Origin: Alphaproteobacteria bacterium
GTDB taxonomy: Bacteria > Pseudomonadota > Gammaproteobacteria > Burkholderiales > Burkholderiaceae_C
Direction of reading: 5' to 3'
Assembly: GCA_030054175.1 (NCBI GenBank)
Contig: JASGCM010000014.1
Location: 30,154 to 94,153, forward strand
DNA length: 64,000 bases
This document shows positions 1 through 10,257 of this stretch, piece after piece. The position numbers and the translations under genes were made by a program. The notes under the pieces were generated by a model. The model ran no database searches. It saw only the letters and a list, made by a program, of their open reading frames with translations, and was not told where the DNA came from. Each line of letters begins with the position of its first letter. Position 1 is the stretch's first letter.

Positions 1-698
1 GATTCCGTTATCTGCAGGTGAGCACAGACGAGGTTTACGGCAGCCTGGAACCCGATGCGCCGCCCTTCACCGAGCAGCACCGCTATGAGCCCAATAGCCC
101 ATACTCGGCGACCAAGGCGGCCGCCGATCATCTGGCGCGAGCTTGGCACCATACCTATGGATTGCCTGTGCTGACTACCAACTGCTCCAACAACTACGGA
201 CCCTATCACTTTCCGGAAAAGCTCATCCCATTGGTGATTCACCGCGCCTTGTTGGGCCAGGCCTTGCCCATCTATGGCGATGGACAACAGGTGCGCGATT
301 GGTTGTACGTACAAGACCATTGCCGCGCGGTTTGGCGGGTTTTGCAGGCTGGCGTGCCCGGTGAAACCTACAACATTGGCGGTTGGAATGAGAAGACCAA
401 TCTGGACGTGGTGCGAACCTTGTGCGCTGCACTCGATGAAATGAGCCCGCGCGCCGATGGGCAATCGTATGCCCAACAAATCACTTTTGTCGCTGACCGC
501 CCTGGGCATGATCGACGCTATGCCATCGATGCGCGCAAGATCGAGCGTGAGCTGGGATGGCGACCACAGGAAACCTTCGAATCGGGCATACGCAAGACAG
601 TCCGTTGGTTTTTGGACCATCCTGATTGGGTGCGCGATGTGACCAGTGGCGCCTACCGGCAGTGGGTGTCGCAGCAATATGGCGCCGAGTCGGTCTGA
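1..698 (+). CDS. rfbB: dTDP-glucose 4,6-dehydratase (5' end outside window)
   Basis: Frame is open back to base 3 ([13 protein letters not shown]). SDR catalytic [11 protein letters not shown]. RmlB-like C-terminus. Followed by rfbD. Confidence 0.9.
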   Translation, partial: FRYLQVSTDEVYGSLEPDAPPFTEQHRYEPNSPYSATKAAADHLARAWHHTYGLPVLTTNCSNNYGPYHFPEKLIPLVIHRALLGQALPIYGDGQQVRDWLYVQDHCRAVWRVLQAGVPGETYNIGGWNEKTNLDVVRTLCAALDEMSPRADGQSYAQQITFVADRPGHDRRYAIDARKIERELGWRPQETFESGIRKTVRWFLDHPDWVRDVTSGAYRQWVSQQYGAESV

Positions 699-1668
699 TC
701 GCACAGCCCTGGTGCTTGGATCCACGGGGCAGTTGGGCCGGGCCTTGCAAGATGCCGTCACTCTGGGCCTAGGCTCTGGGGTGGCGAGTGCCTGGCATTG
801 GGCCGACCGTTCCCAGTTCGATTTGGCCCAGCCCGATCGATTGGCCCATGCGCTCAACCTGCAACAAGCCGATGTCATCATCAACGCAGCGGCCTACACC
901 GCTGTCGATCGGGCTGAGTCCGAGCCCGATTTGGCGATGCGCGTGAACGCTGAATCGGTCAAGGTCCTGGCATTGCATGCCCAAACGCATCGCGTGCCAT
1001 TGGTTCATTTTTCGACCGACTATGTGTTCGATGGTCTGTTGGATCGCCCCTATGTCGAGAGTGATGCGCCCCATCCGCAAAGCGCTTATGGCCAGAGCAA
1101 GCTTCAGGGCGAAGAGTACGTGCGCTCATTGGCCCCAGAGCATTTGATTTTTCGCACCAGTTGGGTGTTTGCCCGATATGGCGGCAATTTCATCAAGACC
1201 ATGTTGCGTTTGGCCCAAGAGCGCGATGAATTGCGCGTGGTGGCCGACCAGTGGGGTGCCCCCACATCTGCCAGATGCTTGGCCCAGGCCAGCTTGCATG
1301 CCTTGACGCAGGCCATGGCTGATCCTGGGGGGCAAGCGCCCTGGGGCTTGTACCACCTGAGTTGCGCCGGGTCGACCAGTTGGCATGGCTATGCCTGTCA
1401 TGTGCTCGAGCGCGCCGCCCAGTGGGGGGCGCCTTTGAAGGCCAGGGCACAGCAGGTTCTTGCCATCACCACCGAGCAGTTCCCGACCCCGACACGCCGA
1501 CCCTTGAATTCATCTCTTGACACCGAACGCTGGGTCAAGACCTTTGGAATGGCCTTGCCGCTTTGGCAGTCCGAGGTGGACGCGGTGCTGGCTGATGTGT
1601 TGCTGGATCAAGGCGTCTTAACGCCGGCCATGCGCGACAAAATCACTTCTGAGCGGTCAGCCCAGTAA
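679..1668 (+). CDS. rfbD: dTDP-4-dehydrorhamnose reductase
   Basis: [13 protein letters not shown] Rossmann motif and [13 protein letters not shown] (YxxxK). Start placed at ATG 679, overlapping the rfbB stop. The C-terminus looks about 20 aa longer than I expect for RmlD. Confidence 0.85.
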   Translation: MAPSRSDRTALVLGSTGQLGRALQDAVTLGLGSGVASAWHWADRSQFDLAQPDRLAHALNLQQADVIINAAAYTAVDRAESEPDLAMRVNAESVKVLALHAQTHRVPLVHFSTDYVFDGLLDRPYVESDAPHPQSAYGQSKLQGEEYVRSLAPEHLIFRTSWVFARYGGNFIKTMLRLAQERDELRVVADQWGAPTSARCLAQASLHALTQAMADPGGQAPWGLYHLSCAGSTSWHGYACHVLERAAQWGAPLKARAQQVLAITTEQFPTPTRRPLNSSLDTERWVKTFGMALPLWQSEVDAVLADVLLDQGVLTPAMRDKITSERSAQ

Positions 1669-2342
1669 GGTGAGTTCGGGTTCTTTTCAAACCATTTCGG
1701 GCGAGGCAACATCACGGCCAATCGCGCCGCTTCCCATTCACTCAGTTTGGCGGCATCTTTACTAAAATAGTGCTGAGCGGCGGCTTGGGCACCAAAGATG
1801 CCCTCGCCCCACTCCACATGGTTGAGGTAAATTTCCAGGATGCGGCGCTTGCTCAGCAGGACTTCGAGCATGTGGGTCAGCACCAGCTCTTGGCCTTTGC
1901 GCAGCAAAGTGCGCTCACCCGACAGGAACAGGTTTTTTGCCAGTTGCTGGGTGATGGTCGAGCCGCCTACCAGTCGCGCTGAGCGGCCCTGGCGTTGAGC
2001 TTGGGCACTGGCGCGTTCATTCCGATGCCAGGCTTTTTCCAGGGCCTGCCATTGCACCCCATCGTGTTGCAAGAAGAGATCGTCTTCAGAGACGATGACG
2101 GCGCGCTGCAGGTGGACTGAAATGCGGTCCAGTTGGACCCAAGTTTGATGCCAACGGAATCTGGGCTGTTCTTGCGAGAGCCGCCACAACTCGGTGCGCT
2201 CAAAAGCGGTGGAAGACGGTGGCAGCCAAGCCATGGCGGCAATGCGCAGGGCAAAAAAGAGTTGCAAGGCCAATACCAAGCCCAGCATGGTCAGTACCCA
2301 AGGCCAGAGGTAGCGACGCAGGATGAAGTGAAATGTGGGCAT
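1608..2342 (-). CDS. mtgA: monofunctional peptidoglycan glycosyltransferase
   Basis: N-terminal TM helix. GT51 motifs VSEDDLFLQHDGV and GGSTITQQLAKNLFL. Confidence 0.9.
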   Translation of the reverse strand: MPTFHFILRRYLWPWVLTMLGLVLALQLFFALRIAAMAWLPPSSTAFERTELWRLSQEQPRFRWHQTWVQLDRISVHLQRAVIVSEDDLFLQHDGVQWQALEKAWHRNERASAQAQRQGRSARLVGGSTITQQLAKNLFLSGERTLLRKGQELVLTHMLEVLLSKRRILEIYLNHVEWGEGIFGAQAAAQHYFSKDAAKLSEWEAARLAVMLPRPKWFEKNPNSPYWADRSEVILSRMAGVKTP

Positions 2343-2354
2343 GGCCGTTGTGAA

Positions 2355-3176
2355 TCAGCGGACGCCTTTGGCGGGTTCGAACCATTGGGTTTGCAGTCCG
2401 GCATCGGCGCTGAAGGTGAAACGCACGACCCAGGCCAGTTGATCGGCTTGGTTTTTCATATCGGGTTGGAACTCGCCAAAAGGTGCGGCGCTGCTGGCGA
2501 TGGCCCGAGCCCGGCGATCCAACTCGGGCTTGCCCGAGCTTTGCACCAATTCGCTCGACACCATTCGCCCAGAGGTGTCTACTGTCAATATCAGGGTCAA
2601 GGCACCGTAAAGGCGTTGGCCCAAGTGAGTGGGAAAGTGGCGCGTGCCTTGGGCTTCGATTTTGCGGCGAAGTTGGTCGTAGTACTCAGCATAGACGGTT
2701 TCTTGGGTGGAGGGGCCAAGGAAGCGCTTGCGGGGGCGGGTATTTTCTTCTTGGATGCGGCGCTCAATTTCCGCCAGCACCCGTTGCTGGGCAGGGCTGG
2801 CCATGGTCGCCTGACGCTTGATCTGGCTGAGCATGGCTTGCTGTTGCTGCTCCAGTCGCTTCAGTTGGTCGGCCATGGTCTGTATGGCCTCGGTTGGCGT
2901 GCTGCGACTCTCGCTTTGCGGGCGGTTGCTTCTGGCGCGACCACGTTCTGCGTCACCGCCGCCCATCCAGGTGGCTTGGGCCAAGGCCTGGGCTTGGGGG
3001 TTAGGCTCGGCCTGCTTAGTGGGTCGGCGGGCGTTGACCAGGATGATTTCCAGCGCTTGCGCAGGGGTTTCACGCAGTCGCTGCATTGGTGCGTCATACG
3101 GCAAAGTCAGGACACACAAGTGCAGGCCCATGGACAGGGCCAGCGCCACTGGCAATCGCCTAAGCCGCATCGTCAT
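2355..3176 (-). CDS. TonB-family C-terminal domain protein
   Basis: N-terminal hydrophobic anchor, Q-rich coiled middle, and a C-terminal block resembling TonB_C (LTLILTVDTSGRMVSSELVQSSGKPELDRRA). Confidence 0.6.
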   Translation of the reverse strand: MTMRLRRLPVALALSMGLHLCVLTLPYDAPMQRLRETPAQALEIILVNARRPTKQAEPNPQAQALAQATWMGGGDAERGRARSNRPQSESRSTPTEAIQTMADQLKRLEQQQQAMLSQIKRQATMASPAQQRVLAEIERRIQEENTRPRKRFLGPSTQETVYAEYYDQLRRKIEAQGTRHFPTHLGQRLYGALTLILTVDTSGRMVSSELVQSSGKPELDRRARAIASSAAPFGEFQPDMKNQADQLAWVVRFTFSADAGLQTQWFEPAKGVR

Positions 3177-5226
3177 CCGTAGCGGTCGGTTCCGCCGCGG
3201 TCAGATCCATGTCGACGCTGATCGGTCCGGCAGCGGTCAGATCGGCTTCACTTTCTTCAATGGACTCTGTGCTGAGGGTCTGATCGTCGCCCAGCAACTC
3301 CAAGACCGTGGCCGAAATATCCAAGCCGATGTCATCGATCTCGCCCAATTGCAAGCGCACCCGTTGCCCCCGCTGTAAGCCCGCTGCGGTGACGCTCAAC
3401 ACCAGGGGCAGGGTATCTGCACGCACCACCGCCGGTTGGTCGGGCCAGGCTTTGATGACGGTGGCATCCAGCGTACCGATGTCATGCTGGCGCAGGTAAC
3501 GCAGCGTCCAGAACCGTTCCATCTGGGATTGGTGGCCGTTATAGGCTGAATAGGCTGTCTCAAAAGACGAGATGATGGAAAACAGTTCAGCGCTTTTGGG
3601 TTGGAATGGCGCGGCCAGCGCAGCAGTGGCACCATGACGCGCGCAAGCAATGATTTGCCACTGGTTGACCAAGTCGGTGTAACGCCGCAATGGAGACGTG
3701 CTCCAGGCATAACTGGGCACGCCGATGCCCGCATGCGGCAAGGCCTTGGTGCCCATGCGCACCTTGACGCCCGGCGCCAAGCTGGCTTGGCTGCGGTAGA
3801 TGGCGGGCACACCCAGGGTGCTCATCCACTGCCCCCAAGTGCTGTTGGCCAAAATCATGGCCTCGGCGACGATCAGGTCAAGGGGTGCGCCACGGCGCCG
3901 CACGCCGATCTCGACTCGCTCTTCGCCAGTGGGAGCAGCGGTGCTTTTATCGATCAGGCGGAAGGTGTAGTCGGGGCGAGAAAAATTTTCGGGTTTGCCT
4001 CGCACCTGTTCGCGGGCTTGTTTCAGATGCGTGGTCAAACGCCACAGCCATGCCATGGCGCAACGCGGCATGGCGGGCTCGGGGCCGTTGCCGGCCCAAG
4101 GGGTGTCTGGGTTTTGCAGCCACTCGGGGGTGACGCCGGTATCGAGTTGATCGTGGCGCAGGTTGGCCCCGATGGTCACGCGTTCGAGCCGGGTTTGGTG
4201 GTCGAGGATCTCAAAACCTTGTTCACGCATGCGCACGTACAAAGAAACCGCCGGGCAGGCTTGCCCCTCGGCCAGGGTGTAGCCTTGGACCACATCATCG
4301 GGCAGCATGGTGATTTTGTGGCCTGGCATATAGACGGTGGACAGGCGTTGCCGACCCAGGGTGTCGATGGCATCTCCAGGCGTCACCGCCAAGCCCGGGG
4401 CGGCAATGTGGATGCCCAGGGTCACAGTACCTGTGCCCAAACCTTGTACCGATAGAGCGTCATCGATCTCGGTGGTTTCCGAGTCGTCGATGGAGTAGGC
4501 AGTGGCTTCAGACAGGGGAAGATCCATACCTACCTGGGGCGGAATGATGGCCGGAAAGTCAGTGCCCTTGGGGAAGTTATCGAACAAAAAACGTTGCCAA
4601 TGGAATTCATAGGCCGAACCGATGGCCCCGGCGCGTTGCAGCAAATCGAGCGGAGCGCGCTGGCTGGCGCGCGCGGCCTGCACCACGGACTTGTATTCGG
4701 CGGAGTTTTTGTCCGGCTTGAAAAGTACCTTGAAAATCAGCGATCGGATCTCATCGGGGCAGGTGCCTTGGATCAATTGCTCGGTCCAACGGTCGATCTT
4801 TAATTGGACCTGTTTTTTCTTTTCTATGGCCGCCAAAGCCAATCGCAGCACCTCGGCGTCGGCACGCCGAAAACGCCCTTTGCCGGAGCGGCGAAAGTAA
4901 TGCGGCGCTTCATGCAAGCGCAACAGCATGGCCGCGGTTTGGGTCAGGGTGCAACTGTTGCCGTAATACTCGCGCGCCAGGTCGGCAAAGCCAAACTCTT
5001 CTTCGGAAGCGAATTCCCATGCCAGGTCCAAGTCGATTTGACCACTTTCTTGCTGCGCACCGGCCAACAGTTGAGCTGGCGTCGGTTGCTCGAAGCGCAG
5101 CACGATGTGCGGCAGTTTGGCCTTGACGCGTTTGCCTGACTCGAGCTCGATTTGAGCCGATGATTCGGCTTCTGACAGGATACGACCGCCCAGGAATTTC
5201 CCGGCTTCTTCAAAAATGGCATGCAT
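3160..5226 (-). CDS. RNB-domain exoribonuclease (RNase II/R family)
   Basis: 688-aa ORF with RNB catalytic aspartate cluster IDDSETTEIDDALSV. Confidence 0.8.
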   Translation of the reverse strand: MHAIFEEAGKFLGGRILSEAESSAQIELESGKRVKAKLPHIVLRFEQPTPAQLLAGAQQESGQIDLDLAWEFASEEEFGFADLAREYYGNSCTLTQTAAMLLRLHEAPHYFRRSGKGRFRRADAEVLRLALAAIEKKKQVQLKIDRWTEQLIQGTCPDEIRSLIFKVLFKPDKNSAEYKSVVQAARASQRAPLDLLQRAGAIGSAYEFHWQRFLFDNFPKGTDFPAIIPPQVGMDLPLSEATAYSIDDSETTEIDDALSVQGLGTGTVTLGIHIAAPGLAVTPGDAIDTLGRQRLSTVYMPGHKITMLPDDVVQGYTLAEGQACPAVSLYVRMREQGFEILDHQTRLERVTIGANLRHDQLDTGVTPEWLQNPDTPWAGNGPEPAMPRCAMAWLWRLTTHLKQAREQVRGKPENFSRPDYTFRLIDKSTAAPTGEERVEIGVRRRGAPLDLIVAEAMILANSTWGQWMSTLGVPAIYRSQASLAPGVKVRMGTKALPHAGIGVPSYAWSTSPLRRYTDLVNQWQIIACARHGATAALAAPFQPKSAELFSIISSFETAYSAYNGHQSQMERFWTLRYLRQHDIGTLDATVIKAWPDQPAVVRADTLPLVLSVTAAGLQRGQRVRLQLGEIDDIGLDISATVLELLGDDQTLSTESIEESEADLTAAGPISVDMDLTAAEPTATDDDAA

Positions 5227-5251
5227 GTTGTCATTGTCCCATAGTGGCCTG

Positions 5252-5851
5252 TCAGGTCGTGTGCAACAGGCCCAAAAATCGCAAGATCTCGGGCAGGTGG
5301 CGTTCGAAGTCGCTCAAGGCGTGGTCACCACCGGGCAAGATGCGTGCGCCAGGCACAGGATAACGTGCGGCCATTTCGCGCCAATCCAGCACCTCATCGC
5401 CTTGAGCGATGTAAACCAAAAACCGATCCGGGTGGCGGATGCCGCCCACGTCCAGTTCGGCCATTTGTTCCACATGCTCAGGCCGCACCTCGATCCAATT
5501 GTCGGGTTGATGCCATGATGGGCGACGACCGACCCAGGGCTGCAGATCGCGCTCGGGACGGACGGCCGGGTTGATCAGCACAGCGCGGCACCCCAAGTGT
5601 TCGGCCAACCAAGTGGCGTAAAACCCGCCCAATGACGAGCCCATCACGGCCATGGTGTCGACCGGCACATCTTGAGTCAGTCCTTGCAGTAGGCGTGCCA
5701 CGGCGCGTGGCGATTCAGGCAGCTGTGGACAGACCCAACGCACCTGGGGCCAATCTTGCATGCATTGCGCCATGCGTCGCGCCTTGGTCGATTGGGGCGA
5801 AGAACGAAAGCCGTGCAGGTAAAGCAAATGGGTAATGGGGGGTTGCGCCAT
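5252..5851 (-). CDS. YqiA/YcfP-type alpha/beta hydrolase (esterase)
   Basis: LLYLHGFRSSPQS and nucleophile elbow MGSSLGGFYA. About 200 aa. Confidence 0.8.
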   Translation of the reverse strand: MAQPPITHLLYLHGFRSSPQSTKARRMAQCMQDWPQVRWVCPQLPESPRAVARLLQGLTQDVPVDTMAVMGSSLGGFYATWLAEHLGCRAVLINPAVRPERDLQPWVGRRPSWHQPDNWIEVRPEHVEQMAELDVGGIRHPDRFLVYIAQGDEVLDWREMAARYPVPGARILPGGDHALSDFERHLPEILRFLGLLHTT

Positions 5852-5868
5852 ACGGGGATAATAGCGGC

Positions 5869-7023
5869 ATGCCCATTGTGATCGAGCGACCGTCCCTGGC
5901 TTCGCGGCTTTTGTATCTGCTGCGCGGCTTTGACGTGCCTTTGTTGTTGGCCGTGGGCGTTTTGGCCTTGATGGGCCTGATCACCATGTATTCCTCGGGC
6001 TTTGCCAATGGCGAACGGTTTTGGGATCAGGCCCGTAACCTATTGATTGCCGCCACGGCCATGCTGGTGGTGGCTCAAATTCCACCCCAAAAGCTGATGA
6101 ACCTGGCGGTGCCCATTTATGCATTGGGAGTGGTTTTGCTGATCGCCGTGGCTCTGTTTGGCATCACCAAAAAGGGGGCTACCCGCTGGATCAACCTAGG
6201 CGTGGTGCTACAACCCAGCGAATTGCTCAAGATTGGCGTACCGCTGATGTTGGCCTGGTGGTTTCAACGGCGAGAAGGTCAGTTGCGTCCGCTGGATTTT
6301 TTGCTGGCCACCTTGATTTTGGTCATCCCTGTGGGACTGATCATGAAGCAGCCCGACTTGGGCACCTCCTTGTTGGTGCTGAGTGCGGGCTTGTACGTGA
6401 TCTTTTTCGCCGGTTTGCGATGGCGCTGGATTGCTCCCCCCTTGGTGCTGGCCTTGGTTGGTATCGGTTTGCTGGTGTGGTTTGAGCCGCAGCTGTGTGC
6501 CGATGGGGTGCGTTGGCCTGGGCTGCACAACTACCAGCAACAGCGCATTTGCACCCTGCTCGACCCCGGCCGAGACCCTTTGGGCAAAGGTTTTCACATC
6601 TTGCAGGGTCTGATTGCCATCGGCTCGGGCGGGTGGACGGGCAAAGGCTTCATGCAAGGCACACAAACCCATCTGGACTTCATCCCCGAGCGCACCACCG
6701 ACTTCATTTTTGCCGCTTTCAGCGAAGAGTTCGGACTCTTGGGCACCACCAGCCTGTGCCTGGTGTTTCTGTTTTTGGTGGCGCGGGGATTGACCATCGC
6801 CCTGGAGGGAGCGACCCTGTTCGGCCGTTTGCTGGCCGGGAGCATCAGCATGATTTTTTTCACCTATGCTTTTGTCAACATGGGCATGGTCAGCGGCATG
6901 TTACCGGTGGTGGGTGTGCCGTTGCCCTTCATCAGTTATGGCGGCACTGCCATGTTGACCCTGGGCATCGCCCTGGGCATTTTGATGTCCATTGCACGCA
7001 GCAAGCAGCTGGTGCAGTCATGA
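5869..7023 (+). CDS. rodA: peptidoglycan glycosyltransferase RodA (FtsW/RodA/SpoVE family)
   Basis: Polytopic membrane protein with IPERTTDFIFAAF and FISYGGTAML family motifs. Confidence 0.9.
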   Translation: MPIVIERPSLASRLLYLLRGFDVPLLLAVGVLALMGLITMYSSGFANGERFWDQARNLLIAATAMLVVAQIPPQKLMNLAVPIYALGVVLLIAVALFGITKKGATRWINLGVVLQPSELLKIGVPLMLAWWFQRREGQLRPLDFLLATLILVIPVGLIMKQPDLGTSLLVLSAGLYVIFFAGLRWRWIAPPLVLALVGIGLLVWFEPQLCADGVRWPGLHNYQQQRICTLLDPGRDPLGKGFHILQGLIAIGSGGWTGKGFMQGTQTHLDFIPERTTDFIFAAFSEEFGLLGTTSLCLVFLFLVARGLTIALEGATLFGRLLAGSISMIFFTYAFVNMGMVSGMLPVVGVPLPFISYGGTAMLTLGIALGILMSIARSKQLVQS

Positions 7024-7033
7024 GTCGAGACTT

Positions 7034-7459
7034 TCAGGTCCGCACGAAGGCGGTCACCAGGGCCTGGTCGCCTACTTGACGACTGGCGTGACCATGCAAC
7101 CGGGGGTCAAAGGTGGCACCGACAGGCAAGACATCATTAGAAAAGAAATGCTGCCCAGGATCAAAGACCCGGGTGCTGCCGTCTTGTAGGCGAATTTCCA
7201 TCTGCCCTTGCAGGATGAACACCCACTGGGGCGTGGTGGTCACATGAAAGTCACTCTTGAACCCCACGGGGCTTTCGCGCAGCTGCAAGCCGGCGCTGGT
7301 CATCAGGGCCGAGAGGCGCGACTGTGGTGTGCCTTGATCCAAAGCAATGGTTTCGGTTTTGAAACGGGCGCGGCCGTCGGCGTCGGTGAACAGCACGGTT
7401 TGGGTGAATGAGTTCATGCGGGACATTTTAAGCTGGCCCACAGGGCAAACGATAAACAC
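7034..7459 (-). CDS. cupin-fold protein (start uncertain, possibly 7426 or 7417)
   Basis: Small beta-rich ORF with cupin-like PQWVFILQGQMEIRLQDGS. The N-terminal 11-14 codons are probably an over-extension. Confidence 0.55.
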   Translation of the reverse strand: MFIVCPVGQLKMSRMNSFTQTVLFTDADGRARFKTETIALDQGTPQSRLSALMTSAGLQLRESPVGFKSDFHVTTTPQWVFILQGQMEIRLQDGSTRVFDPGQHFFSNDVLPVGATFDPRLHGHASRQVGDQALVTAFVRT

Positions 7460-7492
7460 CGATAATATGGATTTTGCCTCTGGATCTACACC

Positions 7493-8827
7493 ATGAGCCG
7501 CAAGGTCTACATCAAAACTTTTGGCTGCCAGATGAACGAGTACGACTCGGACAAAATGGCCGATGTCTTGGGCGCCGCCCAGGGCTATGAAAAAACCGAC
7601 GACCCCGAACAGGCCGACCTGATTTTGTTCAACACCTGTTCAGTGCGGGAAAAAGCACAGGAAAAGGTGTTTTCCGACTTGGGTCGGGTCAAGCATTTGA
7701 AGCAACGCGGCGTGAAGATCGCCGTTGGTGGTTGCGTGGCCAGCCAGGAAGGCGCGGCCATCATCGAACGCGCGCCCTATGTCGACGTCGTCTTTGGGCC
7801 GCAAACCTTGCACCGCCTACCCGAATTGCTCGACCAGCGTGACCGCCGCCAGGTGCCACAGGTGGACATCAGTTTCCCGGAAATCGAGAAATTCGACCAC
7901 TTGCCTCCAGCTCGAGTCGAAGGCGCCAGCGCTTTTGTGAGCATCATGGAAGGCTGCTCGAAGTACTGCTCTTATTGCGTGGTGCCCTATACGCGAGGTG
8001 AAGAGGTCAGTCGCCCGTTGGACGATGTGTTGACCGAAGTGGCCGGACTGGCCACCCAGGGCGTGAAAGAAATCACCCTTCTGGGCCAAAACGTGAACGC
8101 CTATCGCGGCGCGATGGGCGGCACCGCTGAGATCGCCGACTTTGCCTTGCTGCTGGAGTACATGGCCGAGATGCCTGGCATCGAGCGCATTCGTTACACC
8201 ACCAGCCACCCCAATGAATTCACCCAACGCCTGATCGAGGCCTATGGCAAGGTGCCGCAATTGGTCAACCACCTGCACTTGCCGGTGCAACACGGCAGCG
8301 ACCGCATCCTGATGGCGATGAAGCGCGGCTACACCGCCATGGAATACAAAAACATCATCCGTCGTCTGCGCGCCGTGCGCCCGGGTTTGTCGCTCAGCTC
8401 TGACTTCATCGTCGGTTTCCCGGGGGAGACCCAGGATGACTTCGACAAAATGATGAGACTGATTGAGGACGTTGGTTTTGACGCTTCATTCAGCTTTGTC
8501 TTTAGCGCTCGCCCCGGTACGCCGGCGGCGAATTTGGCAGACGACACCCCTCAGGAAGAAAAACTCCGCCGCTTGCAACACTTGCAGGCGGTGATTGAGA
8601 CCAATGTGCGCGCCATCAGCGCCAGCCGCGTCGATACCTTGCAACGCATTTTGGTCGAGGGCCCCTCGCGCAAAAACGCTGCCGAACTCATGGGCCGCAC
8701 CGAATGTAACCGCATCGTCAATTTTGACGGAGGCCCGCAGGGGCAACGATTGGTGGGTCAGATGCTGGACGTGCGCATCAGTTCGGCCTTGCCGCACTCG
8801 CTGCGCGGACAACTGGTGCTGAAATAA
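7493..8827 (+). CDS. miaB: tRNA-2-methylthio-N6-dimethylallyladenosine synthase
   Basis: UPF0004 N-terminus ([10 protein letters not shown]), radical-SAM CSKYCSYC, C-terminal TRAM region. Confidence 0.95.
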   Translation: MSRKVYIKTFGCQMNEYDSDKMADVLGAAQGYEKTDDPEQADLILFNTCSVREKAQEKVFSDLGRVKHLKQRGVKIAVGGCVASQEGAAIIERAPYVDVVFGPQTLHRLPELLDQRDRRQVPQVDISFPEIEKFDHLPPARVEGASAFVSIMEGCSKYCSYCVVPYTRGEEVSRPLDDVLTEVAGLATQGVKEITLLGQNVNAYRGAMGGTAEIADFALLLEYMAEMPGIERIRYTTSHPNEFTQRLIEAYGKVPQLVNHLHLPVQHGSDRILMAMKRGYTAMEYKNIIRRLRAVRPGLSLSSDFIVGFPGETQDDFDKMMRLIEDVGFDASFSFVFSARPGTPAANLADDTPQEEKLRRLQHLQAVIETNVRAISASRVDTLQRILVEGPSRKNAAELMGRTECNRIVNFDGGPQGQRLVGQMLDVRISSALPHSLRGQLVLK

Positions 8828-8874
8828 ATAATTGGGGTCTGACCTCAATTATTTCTGACCCCAATTATTTATTT
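8822..8874. terminator. bidirectional hairpin between convergent miaB and ffh
   Basis: Perfect 18-bp inverted repeat: AAATAAATAATTGGGGTC (8822-8839) and GACCCCAATTATTTATTT (8857-8874). The arms contain both stop codons. The loop holds a third near-copy, GACCTCAATTATTT (8841-8854). Confidence 0.75.
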
Positions 8875-10238
8875 CATTTCAGGCCGGGGAAGCCCCCTTT
8901 GAGCGCACCCATTCGCTTCATCATTTTCATCAGGCCGCCGCCGCGCATTTTTTTCATCATGTCTTGCATTTGTCCAAATTCGTTGAGCAAGCGATTGACG
9001 TCTTGCACCTGAACGCCGGCGCCCATGGCGATGCGGCGCTTGCGGGTGGCTTTGATGAGCTCGGGTTTGGCACGTTCGGTCGGGGTCATGCTGTGGATGA
9101 TGCCTTGCTTGCGGACGATCTCTTTTTCGGCCCGTTGCAAGTCGGCGTCCTTGGCTTTGCCCGCCAGTTGGGTCGGCAGTTTGTCCATGAGGCTGCTGAG
9201 CCCCCCCATTTGCCGCATCTGCTGAATTTGCGCCAGGAAGTCATTCAGGTCAAAGCCTTCGCCGCTTTTGACTTTGGCCGCCAGTTTCTGCGCGGCTTGC
9301 ATGTCAACGTTGGCGGTAACTTGCTCGACCAAGGCGACGATGTCGCCCATGCCCAAGATACGGCCGGCGTGGCGCTCGGCGTCAAACACTTCGAGGCCTT
9401 CGATTTTTTCACTGGTGCCGGCGAATTTCAACGGGGCCCCGGTGACTTGGCGCACCGACAGAGCAGCGCCGCCGCGCGAATCGCCGTCGGTCTTGGTCAA
9501 GACGATGCCGGTGAGCGGCAGCGCTTCCTTGAAAGCCCGTGCGGTGTTGATGGCATCTTGCCCTTGCATGGCGTCGACCACGAACAAAGTCTCGACCGGC
9601 TTGAGCGTTTCATGGAGTTCGCGGATTTCGCGCATCAGCGCTTCATCAATGGCGAGTCGGCCCGCAGTATCCACCAACAAGACGTCAAAGTAGTGCCGTT
9701 TGGCATGATCGAGGGCGGCACGGGCGATGTCCAGCGGTTGTTGGCCTGCTTCGCTGGGAAACCATTCGGCCCCGGCCTGAGCAGTGACGGTTTTGAGCTG
9801 CTCAATGGCCGCCGGTCGATAGACGTCGGCCGAGACCGTCAGTACTTTTTTCTTGCGTTGTTGTATGAGGTGGCGCGCCAGTTTGGCGGTGGTGGTGGTT
9901 TTGCCCGCGCCTTGTAGGCCGGCCATCAGGATGATGGCAGGGGGTTGCGTGGCCAGGTTCAGGTCGGCCACCCCGTCGCCCATGGTGGCGGCCAACTCGC
10001 GCTGGACGAGGCCCACCAAGGCTTGCCCTGGCGTGAGTGAGCCCAATACTTCTTGGCCCAGTGCCTTGTCTTTCACTCGCGCCATGAAGTCGCGCACCAC
10101 CGGCAGGGCCACATCGGCCTCGAGTAAAGCCAAGCGCACCTCGCGCAACATGTCGGCGACGTTGGATTCGGTGATGCGGGCCTGACCGCTGATCTTTTTG
10201 ACCAGGCCGGATAATTTTTCTGAAAGTGCGGATGCCAT
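8874..10238 (-). CDS. ffh: signal recognition particle protein
   Basis: GTPase motifs MAGLQGAGKTTT, DTAGRL, TKTDGD. Met-rich M domain at the C-terminus. Confidence 0.95.
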   Translation of the reverse strand: MASALSEKLSGLVKKISGQARITESNVADMLREVRLALLEADVALPVVRDFMARVKDKALGQEVLGSLTPGQALVGLVQRELAATMGDGVADLNLATQPPAIILMAGLQGAGKTTTTAKLARHLIQQRKKKVLTVSADVYRPAAIEQLKTVTAQAGAEWFPSEAGQQPLDIARAALDHAKRHYFDVLLVDTAGRLAIDEALMREIRELHETLKPVETLFVVDAMQGQDAINTARAFKEALPLTGIVLTKTDGDSRGGAALSVRQVTGAPLKFAGTSEKIEGLEVFDAERHAGRILGMGDIVALVEQVTANVDMQAAQKLAAKVKSGEGFDLNDFLAQIQQMRQMGGLSSLMDKLPTQLAGKAKDADLQRAEKEIVRKQGIIHSMTPTERAKPELIKATRKRRIAMGAGVQVQDVNRLLNEFGQMQDMMKKMRGGGLMKMMKRMGALKGGFPGLK

Positions 10239-10257
10239 ATGACGCTAAACTGTTGAC

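Noticed and set aside
2133-3182. 349-aa plus-strand ORF
   Set aside because: It is antisense to mtgA and the TonB-like gene, has low-complexity G/A/R/L-rich composition, and shows no motif.
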